A DNA stretch of 64,000 bases from Candidatus Subterrananammoxibius californiae (GCA_030586555.1 JAURAC010000002.1:96001-160000); one strand, 5' to 3'. Positions 39,702 through 49,377 are shown, numbered from the stretch's first letter. Made by a program: numbers and translations. Notes: generated from the letters alone by a model not told the origin.

Positions 39702-39953
39702 CTCCAGACCCTCCTTTCACGGCATGTCGCCATGACATGTCCACCGCCCACACATCTAATCTTCTCAAATATATACAGATTAACATAAATTATCAAGTAA
39801 TTTTGTGCACCACCCCCACACGTCATGACGCATGCCATGTCGACATGCCGTGGACATGTCGAGAGCAGTCAGCAATGAGCAACGAGCAATTAGCAATGAG
39901 TTACTCAAAGAGAGGGACTATCATTTTATGAAAACCTGTGCTACAATCTGGGC

Positions 39954-40673
39954 ATGGATAACGCCCTCTTAATATTCCTTAAGTACCCTGAGGCTGGCAA
40001 GGTAAAAACACGTCTTGCAAAGAAAATAGGAGATAAAAAGGCTGCCAAACTGTACCGCCTTTTTGTTGAGGCAACGATAAAACGTACTCTGGATAATAAC
40101 GGTCGTTATGAACAGCTGTTATTCTATACACCCGTTGAAAGGAAAAGCGAAATAGAATCATGGATTGGTAGGAGCGTGGTAACCCCGCCCCTACAGCCAC
40201 AAATTGGCGCTGAGCTGGGGGAACGAATGTTAAATGCACTGAAGACCTCCTTTTCCAGCGGTGCAAAGAAGGCTGTTATTATTGGTACGGACTCTCCAAT
40301 AGTGGACAAGGAGATTATTTATGAAGCGTTTTACCTTTTAAAAGAGAATGATGTTGTTATTGGACCCACGATAGATGGGGGATATTATCTTATAGGTACG
40401 TCTTTGCCTGCCTCGGATAAGCTATTTGCAGGTATAGATTGGGGTAGTAATGAGGTATTTGAGCAAACTATAAAAAGGCTCGGAGAAGAAAAAACATCGT
40501 ATTCATTATTGCCTTTGTACTATGACGTAGATACCCTTGAAGATTTAAAGAGGTTAAAATATGAGATTAGCCAGATGGATATTGCCAAAAGAAAGAGTCT
40601 TCTGGATATTTACACGTTATTAGAAGATTGTTTTACCTCCCCTTTATCCCCTCCTTACGAAGGAGGGGATTGA
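39954..40673 (+). CDS. DUF2064/TIGR04282-type glycosyltransferase-like protein
   Basis: KYPEAGKVKTRLA, LGERM, IGTDSP, DGGYYLIG, DVDTLEDL. Confidence 0.88.
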   Translation: MDNALLIFLKYPEAGKVKTRLAKKIGDKKAAKLYRLFVEATIKRTLDNNGRYEQLLFYTPVERKSEIESWIGRSVVTPPLQPQIGAELGERMLNALKTSFSSGAKKAVIIGTDSPIVDKEIIYEAFYLLKENDVVIGPTIDGGYYLIGTSLPASDKLFAGIDWGSNEVFEQTIKRLGEEKTSYSLLPLYYDVDTLEDLKRLKYEISQMDIAKRKSLLDIYTLLEDCFTSPLSPPYEGGD

Positions 40674-40682
40674 GGGGTGGTT
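40635..40682. repeat. CCCCTCCTT..GAAGGAGGGG palindromic repeat
   Basis: Near-identical copy at 53803-53848; related at 8575 and 35457; supplies the stop codon of the upstream gene. Confidence 0.8.
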
Positions 40683-40691
40683 TTGTAAGTT

Positions 40692-41852
40692 CTATTTATT
40701 CCGTGTCCCCGTTACGTTGAAGTAAACCTTATTACTCCATTTATTACTGTTGTTCTTAACAAACACATAACCTGGTTTTGCGTAAGAAGGGACGATACAC
40801 TCAATTTTATCATCATCCCACGACAGGATTGGTGCACGCCTGTTTTTGTAAAACCTTACATAACCCTGCCCCTGTGTTGTGCCAAAGCCACTGCCATAAA
40901 TTGTTACCACCGTGCCAACGGGACCACTGTTCGGGCTTATCGTGGTGATGACAGGCGTTACTACAGGTTGATAGACCTTAATGTAATCAGTCTTTGTAAT
41001 TGTATCAGAGCCGTTTTCGCCTGTTACTTCCAGAGTCACTGTAAAATAGCCCGGGCTGTCATAAGTATGGGATGGGTTCTGCGAGGTACTTACTGGCGTT
41101 CCATCGCCAAAATCCCAGAGCCACCCATTTACATTCCCCGTAGACAAATCTGTAAATCGAACAGTAAGCGGTGCATAACCAGACCTTGTGCTGGCAGTAA
41201 AATCCGCAGTTATTGTTGTGCCATCGGTAGCTGGATAAATAAAAGAAATGCCTGCAATATCATCCGGGTCGAGCGTCCTCTTTTTTGTCTCGCCATAGCG
41301 TCCGTATCCGTACATAGTCTTTTCGCTATCAGCGCTGTCATACAAATCAAGTAACAGGAGAAAATGCCCGAACTCATGCGTTGCAATGTTCTGAACGTCC
41401 ATCAAGTTTGACGCACCGTTTGTGCCCCAGTTATAACCGTCTTCAAACTCCATGTCACATTCAATTATTGTGCTGCCCATGTACCATATATAAGTAGTGG
41501 CAATGGAGCCGCCTGTGCTTCCCCACGAAAGATCATTATACCCATTATAACTTGGCGCCAGGCGGGTTGTTGAGCCAAGGTACTGGAATGCAAAGGACGA
41601 AGTGGGAACGCTGCTCCATGTTTGCGCTGCAGACTGACAGGCAAGGGCTTCATCTGTGACGTCGTTCGTATTTGCATTGATGTAGTACCCTACAGGTATG
41701 TCCGTATCGGGCCATTTAACGCCACCATATTTGTAAGCAAATGATGGATTGGTTGAGAAAGCAATGAGCAACGAGCAAAGAGCAATGAGTAGCGTGCAAC
41801 GAGCAATGAGCGACGAGCGATGGGCGACGGATAATGGGGTTATATTTGGCAT
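40692..41852 (-). CDS. exported matrixin-like metalloprotease with PKD and IPT/TIG domains
   Basis: THEFGH, KTMY Met-turn, WDFGDG (PKD), ISPNSGPVGTVVTIYGSGF (IPT). Confidence 0.85.
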   Translation of the reverse strand: MPNITPLSVAHRSSLIARCTLLIALCSLLIAFSTNPSFAYKYGGVKWPDTDIPVGYYINANTNDVTDEALACQSAAQTWSSVPTSSFAFQYLGSTTRLAPSYNGYNDLSWGSTGGSIATTYIWYMGSTIIECDMEFEDGYNWGTNGASNLMDVQNIATHEFGHFLLLLDLYDSADSEKTMYGYGRYGETKKRTLDPDDIAGISFIYPATDGTTITADFTASTRSGYAPLTVRFTDLSTGNVNGWLWDFGDGTPVSTSQNPSHTYDSPGYFTVTLEVTGENGSDTITKTDYIKVYQPVVTPVITTISPNSGPVGTVVTIYGSGFGTTQGQGYVRFYKNRRAPILSWDDDKIECIVPSYAKPGYVFVKNNSNKWSNKVYFNVTGTRNK

Positions 41853-41862
41853 AGTTTACCTC

Positions 41863-42468
41863 TCACTTTTTTTCTTCATTATCTATAATTGCGTTAATCT
41901 GACTTATAAAGTCATCCAGAAATAATTTCCTTTCCCCTTCTTCTGGGGACCTGAGGTCCAGCCTTTTTTCCTCAAACCTGTCTATTTCTCTTACAAGTAT
42001 TCTTCTCCTGGTACTCTCATCTGTTTTAATTGTGTATTTTCCCTGCGCCATACCTACGCATTGAAAGTAATCGTTTGGCTTCGTAGAAAGGTGTCTGTTT
42101 TGCAGGCGTTCGCCTTCTAAGAAGGCTAAAATATCTTCACCCTCTGTGTACTCCGGAGCACCTACAACCTTCAATCCTATGCCACCGACCTCGCCTCCTA
42201 ATTGCCTGATAGTAATTTCTGAAGAAGGTATGGTTCCTTTTACACATTTTTCCACGGAAACCGTTATACAGGTATATATCTTAGTTCCGTCATCACCCCA
42301 TTGCGACAGTATAGACTTAACCTTTCCAACCACAATAGCATTGGCGCGGTTCGTAAGTTCCTTGGTGTTCATCTTCTTTAGCACTGTTGCATGGGTGTCG
42401 CTTAACATTATAAAGAAAATCACCAATGCTATTGAAAGACAGCAGAGCAAATGTATCTTTTTATTCAT
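41863..42468 (-). CDS. exported hypothetical protein
   Basis: Signal peptide; ANAIVVGKV, RQLGGEVG, GMAQGKY. Confidence 0.75.
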   Translation of the reverse strand: MNKKIHLLCCLSIALVIFFIMLSDTHATVLKKMNTKELTNRANAIVVGKVKSILSQWGDDGTKIYTCITVSVEKCVKGTIPSSEITIRQLGGEVGGIGLKVVGAPEYTEGEDILAFLEGERLQNRHLSTKPNDYFQCVGMAQGKYTIKTDESTRRRILVREIDRFEEKRLDLRSPEEGERKLFLDDFISQINAIIDNEEKK

Positions 42469-42796
42469 TCTATACTCCTCACATTTAACAAAATTATGAA
42501 TTAAACTAATCTCTCTGCATTAATTTTATCCCAATTTTGTTGAAACGCAAGTAATATGCCAAGCTTACACAAATTTTTTAAAAAGAGATAAATAGTATTT
42601 AATAGATTGTAATGTATCGTACTATTAGGAATTATGTAGACAAACAACTGCCACCAGGTCTAAGCCTATAGCTTCCTTCGACTGCGAACCCTGAACAAAT
42701 GTGTACAAATTTCATTTCATGCAATAATAGAATTGTTCAATTTTGGACTGATAAAAGCCCTTTGTGTTTGACTGTACTTATATGTAGGGTATAATT

Positions 42797-43552
42797 GTGC
42801 TTATGAGGTTGGCATTAATCGCTGTCTCCGAAGAGGGTGTCGAGATTGCTAAACGCATCAAAGGTGGGTTGGTAAATGATAATGTTTGTATCATCAACAA
42901 CGAGAAACCCCTTAGAGATATTGTTGCTAAGGTTTTTAATAAGTACGATGGGTTAATCTTTGTAATGGCAATGGGAATTGTGGTTCGTGTTATAGCACCG
43001 TATATAAAGGATAAGCTTTCTGACCCTGCAGTGGTAGCCGTGGATGATGCTGGGCGCTATGTAATAAGTGTGCTCTCAGGACACGAGGGAGGGGCAAATA
43101 CGCTTGCGCATAGGGTTGCGAATATTCTTCGCACAGATGCCGTCATCACTACAGGGACAGAGGCAAGAAAAAATCTAATAATTGGCATTGGATGCGGGCG
43201 TAACACCTCTTCTGCAAGGATTAAGCAGGCTATAGAAACAGCCATTAACAATGCCAATATCCCCTTTGAGCAGGTAAGACTGCTTTCTACTATAGATTTG
43301 AAGGCTAATGAAAGAGGGCTGATTGAGACCTCTAAGGAACTGGGCATTCCACTGAGGATTATTTCCAAGCAGGAAATAGAAACGTGTGTAAAGGCATATA
43401 ATGATTCTAAATTTGTTAAAGGCAAGATAGGCGTTGGGGGCGTATGCGAGCCAGCTGCCCTCCTTGCCGGGAGGAAGACAAGATTAATTCTACAAAAGCA
43501 AAATTTTCGGGGTGTAACGATAGCAGTGGCGCAGGAAAACTTAACGTGGTAG
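42797..43552 (+). CDS. cbiG: cobalt-precorrin-5A hydrolase (short form)
   Basis: MAMGIVVR, DPAVV, LSGHEGGAN, GIGC, GVCEPAAL. Confidence 0.92.
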   Translation: MLMRLALIAVSEEGVEIAKRIKGGLVNDNVCIINNEKPLRDIVAKVFNKYDGLIFVMAMGIVVRVIAPYIKDKLSDPAVVAVDDAGRYVISVLSGHEGGANTLAHRVANILRTDAVITTGTEARKNLIIGIGCGRNTSSARIKQAIETAINNANIPFEQVRLLSTIDLKANERGLIETSKELGIPLRIISKQEIETCVKAYNDSKFVKGKIGVGGVCEPAALLAGRKTRLILQKQNFRGVTIAVAQENLTW

Positions 43553-44256
43553 GTATAGGACCTGGTAGCATTGACGAAATAAGTCCGAGAGCGCTAACCG
43601 CCCTCAAGGCATCTGAGTGCATTGTAGGCTATAAAACTTACCTTCATTTGATAAGGAATATAATCGGGGATAAGAAAACCATCCAGTCTGGCATGGGAAA
43701 AGAGGAGGAACGCTGTACAGCCGCACTTGCGGAGGCATGTCGAGGCAAGATAGTATCAATTGTAAGCAGCGGAGATCCTGGCGTTTATGGTATGGCAGGG
43801 TTAATCCTCGAGATTATAAGTAAGTCCCCGGTAAAAATTCCTATTGAGATTATCCCTGGCATTACGGCTGCAAGCGCCGCCTCCTCACTACTCGGGGCAC
43901 CGCTTGGACATGACCACGCCGTTATTAGCTTAAGCGACCTCCTTACTCCCTGGGAAATAATCGAAAAAAGGCTAAAACTTGCTGCGGAGGGTGATTTCAT
44001 TGTTGTGCTTTATAATCCTAAGAGCACACAGAGGACGTGGCAGATTGAAAAGACAAGAGAAATCTTCCTCAATTATAAACTGCCCAATACCCCTGTTGGT
44101 ATTGTAAGAAATGCAAGGCGAGAGGGGGAGTCAATTACAATCACCACCTTAGGAAAGATGTTAGACCATCATATTGATATGACAACACTTGTAATTATTG
44201 GAAATTCCGATACCTTTGTATTCAACAGCTTCATGGTAACGAGACGGGGGTACTAA
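43444..44256 (+). CDS. cbiH: precorrin-3B C17-methyltransferase (start uncertain: ATG 43444 or GTG 43546)
   Basis: VVGIGPG, SSGDPGVYGMA, ISLSDLLTPW, YNPKS, TRRGY. Confidence 0.92.
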   Translation: MRASCPPCREEDKINSTKAKFSGCNDSSGAGKLNVVGIGPGSIDEISPRALTALKASECIVGYKTYLHLIRNIIGDKKTIQSGMGKEEERCTAALAEACRGKIVSIVSSGDPGVYGMAGLILEIISKSPVKIPIEIIPGITAASAASSLLGAPLGHDHAVISLSDLLTPWEIIEKRLKLAAEGDFIVVLYNPKSTQRTWQIEKTREIFLNYKLPNTPVGIVRNARREGESITITTLGKMLDHHIDMTTLVIIGNSDTFVFNSFMVTRRGY

Positions 44257-44385
44257 TTTTTTTAAAAAAAATAAGAAAGTAGACGCTTAACGATTTTCGT
44301 GGTATAATTATTATTGAAGTTAAATATTCAGCGCTTAATAAATAGACTCTAAAACTCTACAAGGAACGTAAGGGGATGATGCAGG

Positions 44386-44757
44386 GTGGAAAAAATCCTC
44401 ATAATAGATGGTAACGATGACCAGCGCCGTTTATGCGAGATAGAGCTAAAAAGCGAAGGCTACGAAGTAATAACAGTTCGTAATGGCTGGGAGGCACTTT
44501 TAGAAACAAAGAACCGTGTGCCTGACGTTGTTGTACTCGATATAATGATTCCGGGTATGGACGGAATCGAACTGCTAAGCAAACTTATCTCCATTAATAG
44601 GAATCTGCCCATCATTATTCATACCTCTACAGATGACTATAGAGATAATTTTATGACATGGTGCGCCGATGCCTATATTACCAAATCTTTAGACCTCATG
44701 GAATTGAAGGATAAAATCAGGGAATTACTGGATAAGTCAAAAAGGGCTTATGTCTAA
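44386..44757 (+). CDS. single-domain response regulator
   Basis: VVLDIMIPGMDG, ADAYITKS. Confidence 0.9.
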   Translation: MEKILIIDGNDDQRRLCEIELKSEGYEVITVRNGWEALLETKNRVPDVVVLDIMIPGMDGIELLSKLISINRNLPIIIHTSTDDYRDNFMTWCADAYITKSLDLMELKDKIRELLDKSKRAYV

Positions 44758-44811
44758 AACCCCGTAGCAAATTTTGCAGCGAGGCAAAGGTACTCTAAAA
44801 GGAGGTGAAAC

Positions 44812-45144
44812 ATGAAGGGCAATTTCTGGAGTGGAAAAATACCTTGCTGGGATATGCATGAGTGCCCGGCAAGCCTTCGGAATGAATGCCCCGCCTATAT
44901 TTATCGGTTTTCTGGCTATCCATGCTGGGAAATCGAAGGAACATTTTGCAAAATAAATACCAGCAAAGGTACTGCTACATGCATAGAAAGATGTTATAAC
45001 TGTAACGTCTATATGAAGTATGGTGAGGCAGAACCGATTACCATAAAAAAGAGGGGCGTTGGTAACAAACATGTTAGCCTTTTACAGGCAATAATGAGGC
45101 GGGAAGAATACGAGTGGCTACTGAAGCACGCCGGCAATAAATAA
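44812..45144 (+). CDS. small Cys-rich protein with two CW motifs
   Basis: CWDMHEC...CPAY...CWEIEGTFC...CYNCNVY; AGGAGG RBS. Confidence 0.8.
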   Translation: MKGNFWSGKIPCWDMHECPASLRNECPAYIYRFSGYPCWEIEGTFCKINTSKGTATCIERCYNCNVYMKYGEAEPITIKKRGVGNKHVSLLQAIMRREEYEWLLKHAGNK

Positions 45145-45300
45145 TCATACTTAGAAGCTAAATATACATTACTGTATTCTTGCTTATGAAGATTTTGTGT
45201 TGTTAAATTTATAGCCTTTTTAACTATAAATGTTATAATATAAACTTACTTTTTGAAAAAAGTAAGTTTTTTTGTTTTGTAGACTGGAGCAAAGTGAAAA

Positions 45301-46491
45301 ATGAATAAGATAAAGATTGCTGAGGGAGTTTATTGGGTCGGCGCTATTGACTGGAATGCAAGGAGCCTTCATGGAGACAATTATGTCACCCATCACGGAA
45401 CTACTTATAACGCATATCTTATCATGGACGAGAAGATTACCCTGGTAGACACGGTGCACGGGCAATTTGTTGATGAAATGATGGCACGTATCAAAGAGGT
45501 CGTTGACCCTGACAAAATTGATTACGTAGTGTGCAACCATATAGAACCCGACCATTCAGGCGCCCTTCCAGCAGTAATGAAGATTATCCCTCAAGCAAAG
45601 GTTATATGCACCCTTAGAGCAAAAGATGGTCTTCTTAAACATTATTTCAGTAATTGGAACTTTTTGACTGTAAAGACCGACGACGAAATAAGCATCGGCA
45701 AAAAGACTTTGAGATTTATCGAGGCATCCATGCTCCACTGGCCAGATACCATGTTCACCTATATTAAGGAAGATGCGCTCCTCTTGCCCAACGATGCCTT
45801 TGGACAGCATTTCGCCAGTTCGCAAAGGTTTGCCGATGAAGTTGAAGAAAGTATAGTCATAGATGAGGCGGCAAAGTACTACGCCAACATCTTGATGCCG
45901 TTTGGTCAATTAGTCATAAAGAAAATTGAAGAAATTCAGAAATCTGGCATTCAAATCGAAACAATTGCACCAAGTCATGGTCTTATATGGCGAAAGAATC
46001 ACGAAAAAATAATTAGTGCATATCTCCGTTGGGCAAAAGGAGAGGCTAAAAAACGGGTCCTTGTAATTTATGAGTCAATGTGGAGAAGTACCGAAAAGAT
46101 GGCTACAGCGATAGTCCAAGGAATCCAGGATGGAGATATAGAAGCAGTGCTATACAAAATTTCTGCCACAGACCATAGCGATATTATTAAAGAGGTTCTT
46201 GAGGCTAAAGCCATTCTGATAGGCTCACCTACCGTAAATAACGGCGTTCTGCCAAATATAGCGCCACTTTTAGATGACCTTAAAGGACTGAGACCGAAGG
46301 ATAAGATTGCTTTCGCATTTGGTTCTTACGGCTGGGGCGGCGGGGCAGTGAAAACCGTAGAGGAAAAATTCAAACAGGCAGGGATGACAATATTCGAACC
46401 GGGTCTAACGGCAAAATGGGTCCCCGACGCTGATGAGTTGAAAAAATGCCATGAGCTGGGGAAAAGAATTGCAGCGGAGGTAAAGAAGTAA
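45301..46491 (+). CDS. fprA: flavodiiron protein (A-type flavoprotein)
   Basis: GTTYNAY, NHIEPDHSG, HWPD, DAFGQH, FGSYGWGGGA. Confidence 0.96.
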   Translation: MNKIKIAEGVYWVGAIDWNARSLHGDNYVTHHGTTYNAYLIMDEKITLVDTVHGQFVDEMMARIKEVVDPDKIDYVVCNHIEPDHSGALPAVMKIIPQAKVICTLRAKDGLLKHYFSNWNFLTVKTDDEISIGKKTLRFIEASMLHWPDTMFTYIKEDALLLPNDAFGQHFASSQRFADEVEESIVIDEAAKYYANILMPFGQLVIKKIEEIQKSGIQIETIAPSHGLIWRKNHEKIISAYLRWAKGEAKKRVLVIYESMWRSTEKMATAIVQGIQDGDIEAVLYKISATDHSDIIKEVLEAKAILIGSPTVNNGVLPNIAPLLDDLKGLRPKDKIAFAFGSYGWGGGAVKTVEEKFKQAGMTIFEPGLTAKWVPDADELKKCHELGKRIAAEVKK

Positions 46492-46502
46492 TTTCTCTTT
46501 AC

Positions 46503-46988
46503 CTATTTTTGTCTTTTCTTTAGCAACGAATCTAAAAAATCCAAAAAATCACTTATATCATTTGAAATTAAATCCCTAACAATAAGCACCTTCTCAGCAA
46601 CAATTTTAAATTTCTCTTTATCTAAGTCAGTAGCGTATGCATGTCTGAAAAAATGACGAAATGCCCTTATTTCATCTAAACATTTAAAACTTTCCTCAGA
46701 AATTAACGCAGGTCTAATATCCTGAATCTCCAGACCCATCCTTTCAAGAAGAGATTTGTGCCAGTAGTCCTGCTCCACCGTGTTTTCAAAGGTCCTTGCC
46801 ACATTTCTGAATATATTTTCAAATCCCGAATAAAGCTGACTAACATAGAAGGCAGCTTCCACTAATTTAGAATATTCTTTAGAAGTTAGAAATTTATTAT
46901 AAGAATCCTCAAACCTACTAAAAAGTTGGTTCAATTTCTTATACTCGTTCTTTATCTCACTTTTGAGTATGGCTATTTTTTCTTTCAT
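46503..46988 (-). CDS. HEPN/HepT-like ribonuclease toxin
   Basis: YSGFENIF, WHKSLL, RAFRHFFRHAY. Confidence 0.85.
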   Translation of the reverse strand: MKEKIAILKSEIKNEYKKLNQLFSRFEDSYNKFLTSKEYSKLVEAAFYVSQLYSGFENIFRNVARTFENTVEQDYWHKSLLERMGLEIQDIRPALISEESFKCLDEIRAFRHFFRHAYATDLDKEKFKIVAEKVLIVRDLISNDISDFLDFLDSLLKKRQK

Positions 46989-47334
46989 AAATAAGGATTC
47001 CCTTGTTTTTCACCTCACGGGCAAACGGTAGTTCATCCAATACTCTCACATCGGTTTCCCTCTCGATTTGCTTATTAATCTCAGAAAAAAGGTGTAATAA
47101 ATCCTCAAAAGCAATTTTTGGCTCAATGGCTATATCAATGTCAGAGTATTTATGGAAGGTAGTATCAACAAATGAACCGTATAGATAAACCTTCTTAATT
47201 CTATATTTCCTCCAAATAATCTCCAGGGATTTAAGTTTTGAAATAATTTCGTCTCTTTCCTTCTCTCTTAATAACCGTTCCCTTTTTTCCTTATTGAAAA
47301 GATAACTTCTTACATTTTTTAAACTAACACCCAT
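46957..47334 (-). CDS. minimal nucleotidyltransferase (MNT) antitoxin
   Basis: VYLYGSF...SDIDIAI. Confidence 0.88.
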   Translation of the reverse strand: MGVSLKNVRSYLFNKEKRERLLREKERDEIISKLKSLEIIWRKYRIKKVYLYGSFVDTTFHKYSDIDIAIEPKIAFEDLLHLFSEINKQIERETDVRVLDELPFAREVKNKGILIYERKNSHTQK

Positions 47335-47472
47335 AACTTTTTCCTAAACCCTGATTACCTCAGGCAGGATAGACTAAACACTTTATATATAATAAACTGT
47401 GGAAGTGTCAAGAAATTTGTTTAAACCAATAATAGCCTGCCTGTGCGAACTCGTAGTTATGGATTAATAATA

Positions 47473-47544
47473 AAATGGGTACCCGATGAGCTGAAAAAAT
47501 GCCATGAACTGGGGAAAAGAACTGTTGCAGAGGTAAAAAAGTAA
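47473..47544 (+). repeat. diverged copy of the fprA 3' end
   Basis: KWVP--DELKKCHELGKRTVAEVKK* vs KWVPDADELKKCHELGKRIAAEVKK* (46414-46491). Confidence 0.9.
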
Positions 47545-47578
47545 TCCCCAATTGAACGAAGGAGATGGAATCTCTTTT

Positions 47579-47793
47579 TTAGAGTTCTTCCCACTCATTC
47601 CTTGCAATCTTTCCCTGTCGCAATATTCTGACAAGAAGTTCTGTACCAATGTCACTTCGATGAGGATTAGGAATCGTCAGCTTGGTTTCTCCTTTGACCA
47701 TGTATTGATGTTTACCGAGTACCACGGACAAACCCTCCTGAGGCAGGCAAGTTTGTCCGTGCCACCCCGCTTAATAGGACCAAATGCCGGCAT
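47579..47793 (-). pseudogene. hicA: HicA toxin disrupted by a palindromic element
   Basis: MPAFGPIKR [palindrome] GKHQYMVKG...IPNPHRSDIG...ILRQ...EWEEL*; 215 nt, out of frame. Confidence 0.8.
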
Positions 47794-48038
47794 TACTTAG
47801 TCACTTGTTCAACGGTTAGTTCGATGCCGTCTATTACTGGCAACGAGTGTCCGAGTCGCAAACCTAATACAAGCCACCCTTCCAAAACCTCTTGCAACTG
47901 TTCACGGCAGGCTTCAAGCGTATCGGCATTAGCATAAACACCGTCGAATCCAGAAATCTCCCCATAAAAGGTGCCATCGTCTTTCAAAATTTCATATCTT
48001 GCCCGGCGCATGGCAGCACGAATATACTCTGTTAACAT
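47793..48038 (-). CDS. hicB: HicB family antitoxin
   Basis: MLTEYI...FYGEI...GVYANADTLEAC...LEGWL. Confidence 0.9.
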   Translation of the reverse strand: MLTEYIRAAMRRARYEILKDDGTFYGEISGFDGVYANADTLEACREQLQEVLEGWLVLGLRLGHSLPVIDGIELTVEQVTK

Positions 48039-48068
48039 CTTGGCTTCCTCCCGGTGTAATAAAGTTAT

Positions 48069-48566
48069 CTACTTTAGCAGCGCAAGTATCTCCTTTTCAA
48101 AATCTTCTTCCGGAACATAGCCAACGTGTCTGCTCTTTGTTTCCCCATCCTTACCGATAATGAGGGTAGTTGGAATCCCTTCTACCTTGTACGCATTGCC
48201 AATCTCATTATCTCCAAAAAAGATAGGGTAGTTTATTCCAAACTCCTGAACAAAGGTCTGTACCTCTTGTATACCCTTTTTAATGAATAGGGAAACCCCT
48301 ATAATCTCTAACCCTTTGTCTTTGTATTTCTTGTACAGATTAATAAATCCTGGTATCTCCCTTCTACAGGGTGGACACCACGTTGCCCAGAAATCTACAA
48401 TCAAGACAGTCCCCTTTTTGGATGAAATCTTTTCTTTTAGTTCTGAAAGGTTTATAGGTGTCACGGTAATAGTCTCGGTTTCACCGCGAGAGGTTACTGT
48501 TGCAAGACAAAAACAAGATACGACTATTAAAATACAAACACTAACCCTTGAATATATATTCTGCAT
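48069..48566 (-). CDS. TlpA/ResA-like thiol-disulfide oxidoreductase
   Basis: DFWATWCPPC, GIPTT; N-terminal anchor; start at ATG 48566. Confidence 0.92.
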   Translation of the reverse strand: MQNIYSRVSVCILIVVSCFCLATVTSRGETETITVTPINLSELKEKISSKKGTVLIVDFWATWCPPCRREIPGFINLYKKYKDKGLEIIGVSLFIKKGIQEVQTFVQEFGINYPIFFGDNEIGNAYKVEGIPTTLIIGKDGETKSRHVGYVPEEDFEKEILALLK

Positions 48567-48860
48567 TATGAGCTTCCTTTCTGTGCTGAATGTTATCAAA
48601 TCTGATAAACAACGGGCTTTTTGTTTGCCGGTCAGAAGGTCCACTCTGGCGGACGCCAATCCCTCGAAGCAGATAAAACCTCATTATCTATCTATAATAT
48701 CACAGTAAGGCATTATCTTAATAAAAAGAAATTTCCATGTCAACTCAAAAAGCAAGGATTATGTGAAGATGCTTCTAATGGAGAGATTTTTCTCCACTTG
48801 AATGGAGAAAAAGGCGGCAACTATTTCCTTATTGAAACGAACGGTCTATGATAGCACGCA

Positions 48861-48968
48861 TCAAAACAACTGGTGCATAATTGAGAGGAAAATAATACTG
48901 GCAACTAACCAGAAAATAATCCATTTCTCTATTTGGACAAAATCTGTATGTATCTTTACCCTTCTCAT
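48861..48968 (-). CDS. putative 35-aa single-TM peptide
   Basis: MRRVKIHTDFVQIEKWIIFWLVASIIFLSIMHQLF*; GGGGG upstream. Confidence 0.4.
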   Translation of the reverse strand: MRRVKIHTDFVQIEKWIIFWLVASIIFLSIMHQLF

Positions 48969-49083
48969 ATTACTTCCCCCCAATATTGCTAATGCCGTTC
49001 CAGCTTTTTCTACCTAATCCTGTACCAATTTTATTGCTACGGAATTTAGTTGGAACGGCACTAAAGATACATGTGTAAGGGAT

Positions 49084-49206
49084 TTATATGGTTAACAATG
49101 CATACATAAGTACAAGGAATGCTGTAATGCCAAGTACAATAAGTGTATACATCATTCCTTCTACTGCTATTCGCTGTATTTGTTTGGTATCTATAGAAAG
49201 TCTCAT
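49084..49206 (-). CDS. putative 40-aa single-TM peptide
   Basis: MRLSIDTKQIQRIAVEGMMYTLIVLGITAFLVLMYALLTI*; GGGGGTG upstream. Confidence 0.5.
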   Translation of the reverse strand: MRLSIDTKQIQRIAVEGMMYTLIVLGITAFLVLMYALLTI

Positions 49207-49377
49207 AGCAGGTCACCCCCATCCTTTAGTATAAAAATCCTCATATAACATTACAATTATACCACATTTAATGAAGTTTGTAAAGTTAAGGATAGGTTAA
49301 AGGTGATAGGCGATAGGTGAACATATTGCCCATCGCCCATCGCCCTTCGCCCTTTTCATGGGAAGAAAGTGGTGTGT

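Noticed and set aside
42480..42796. Cobalamin riboswitch upstream of cbiG
   Set aside because: No recognisable B12-box; an Rfam scan would be needed to exclude it fully
48570..48700. Riboswitch-like GC-rich leader of the tlpA-like gene
   Set aside because: Could not be matched to any family by eye
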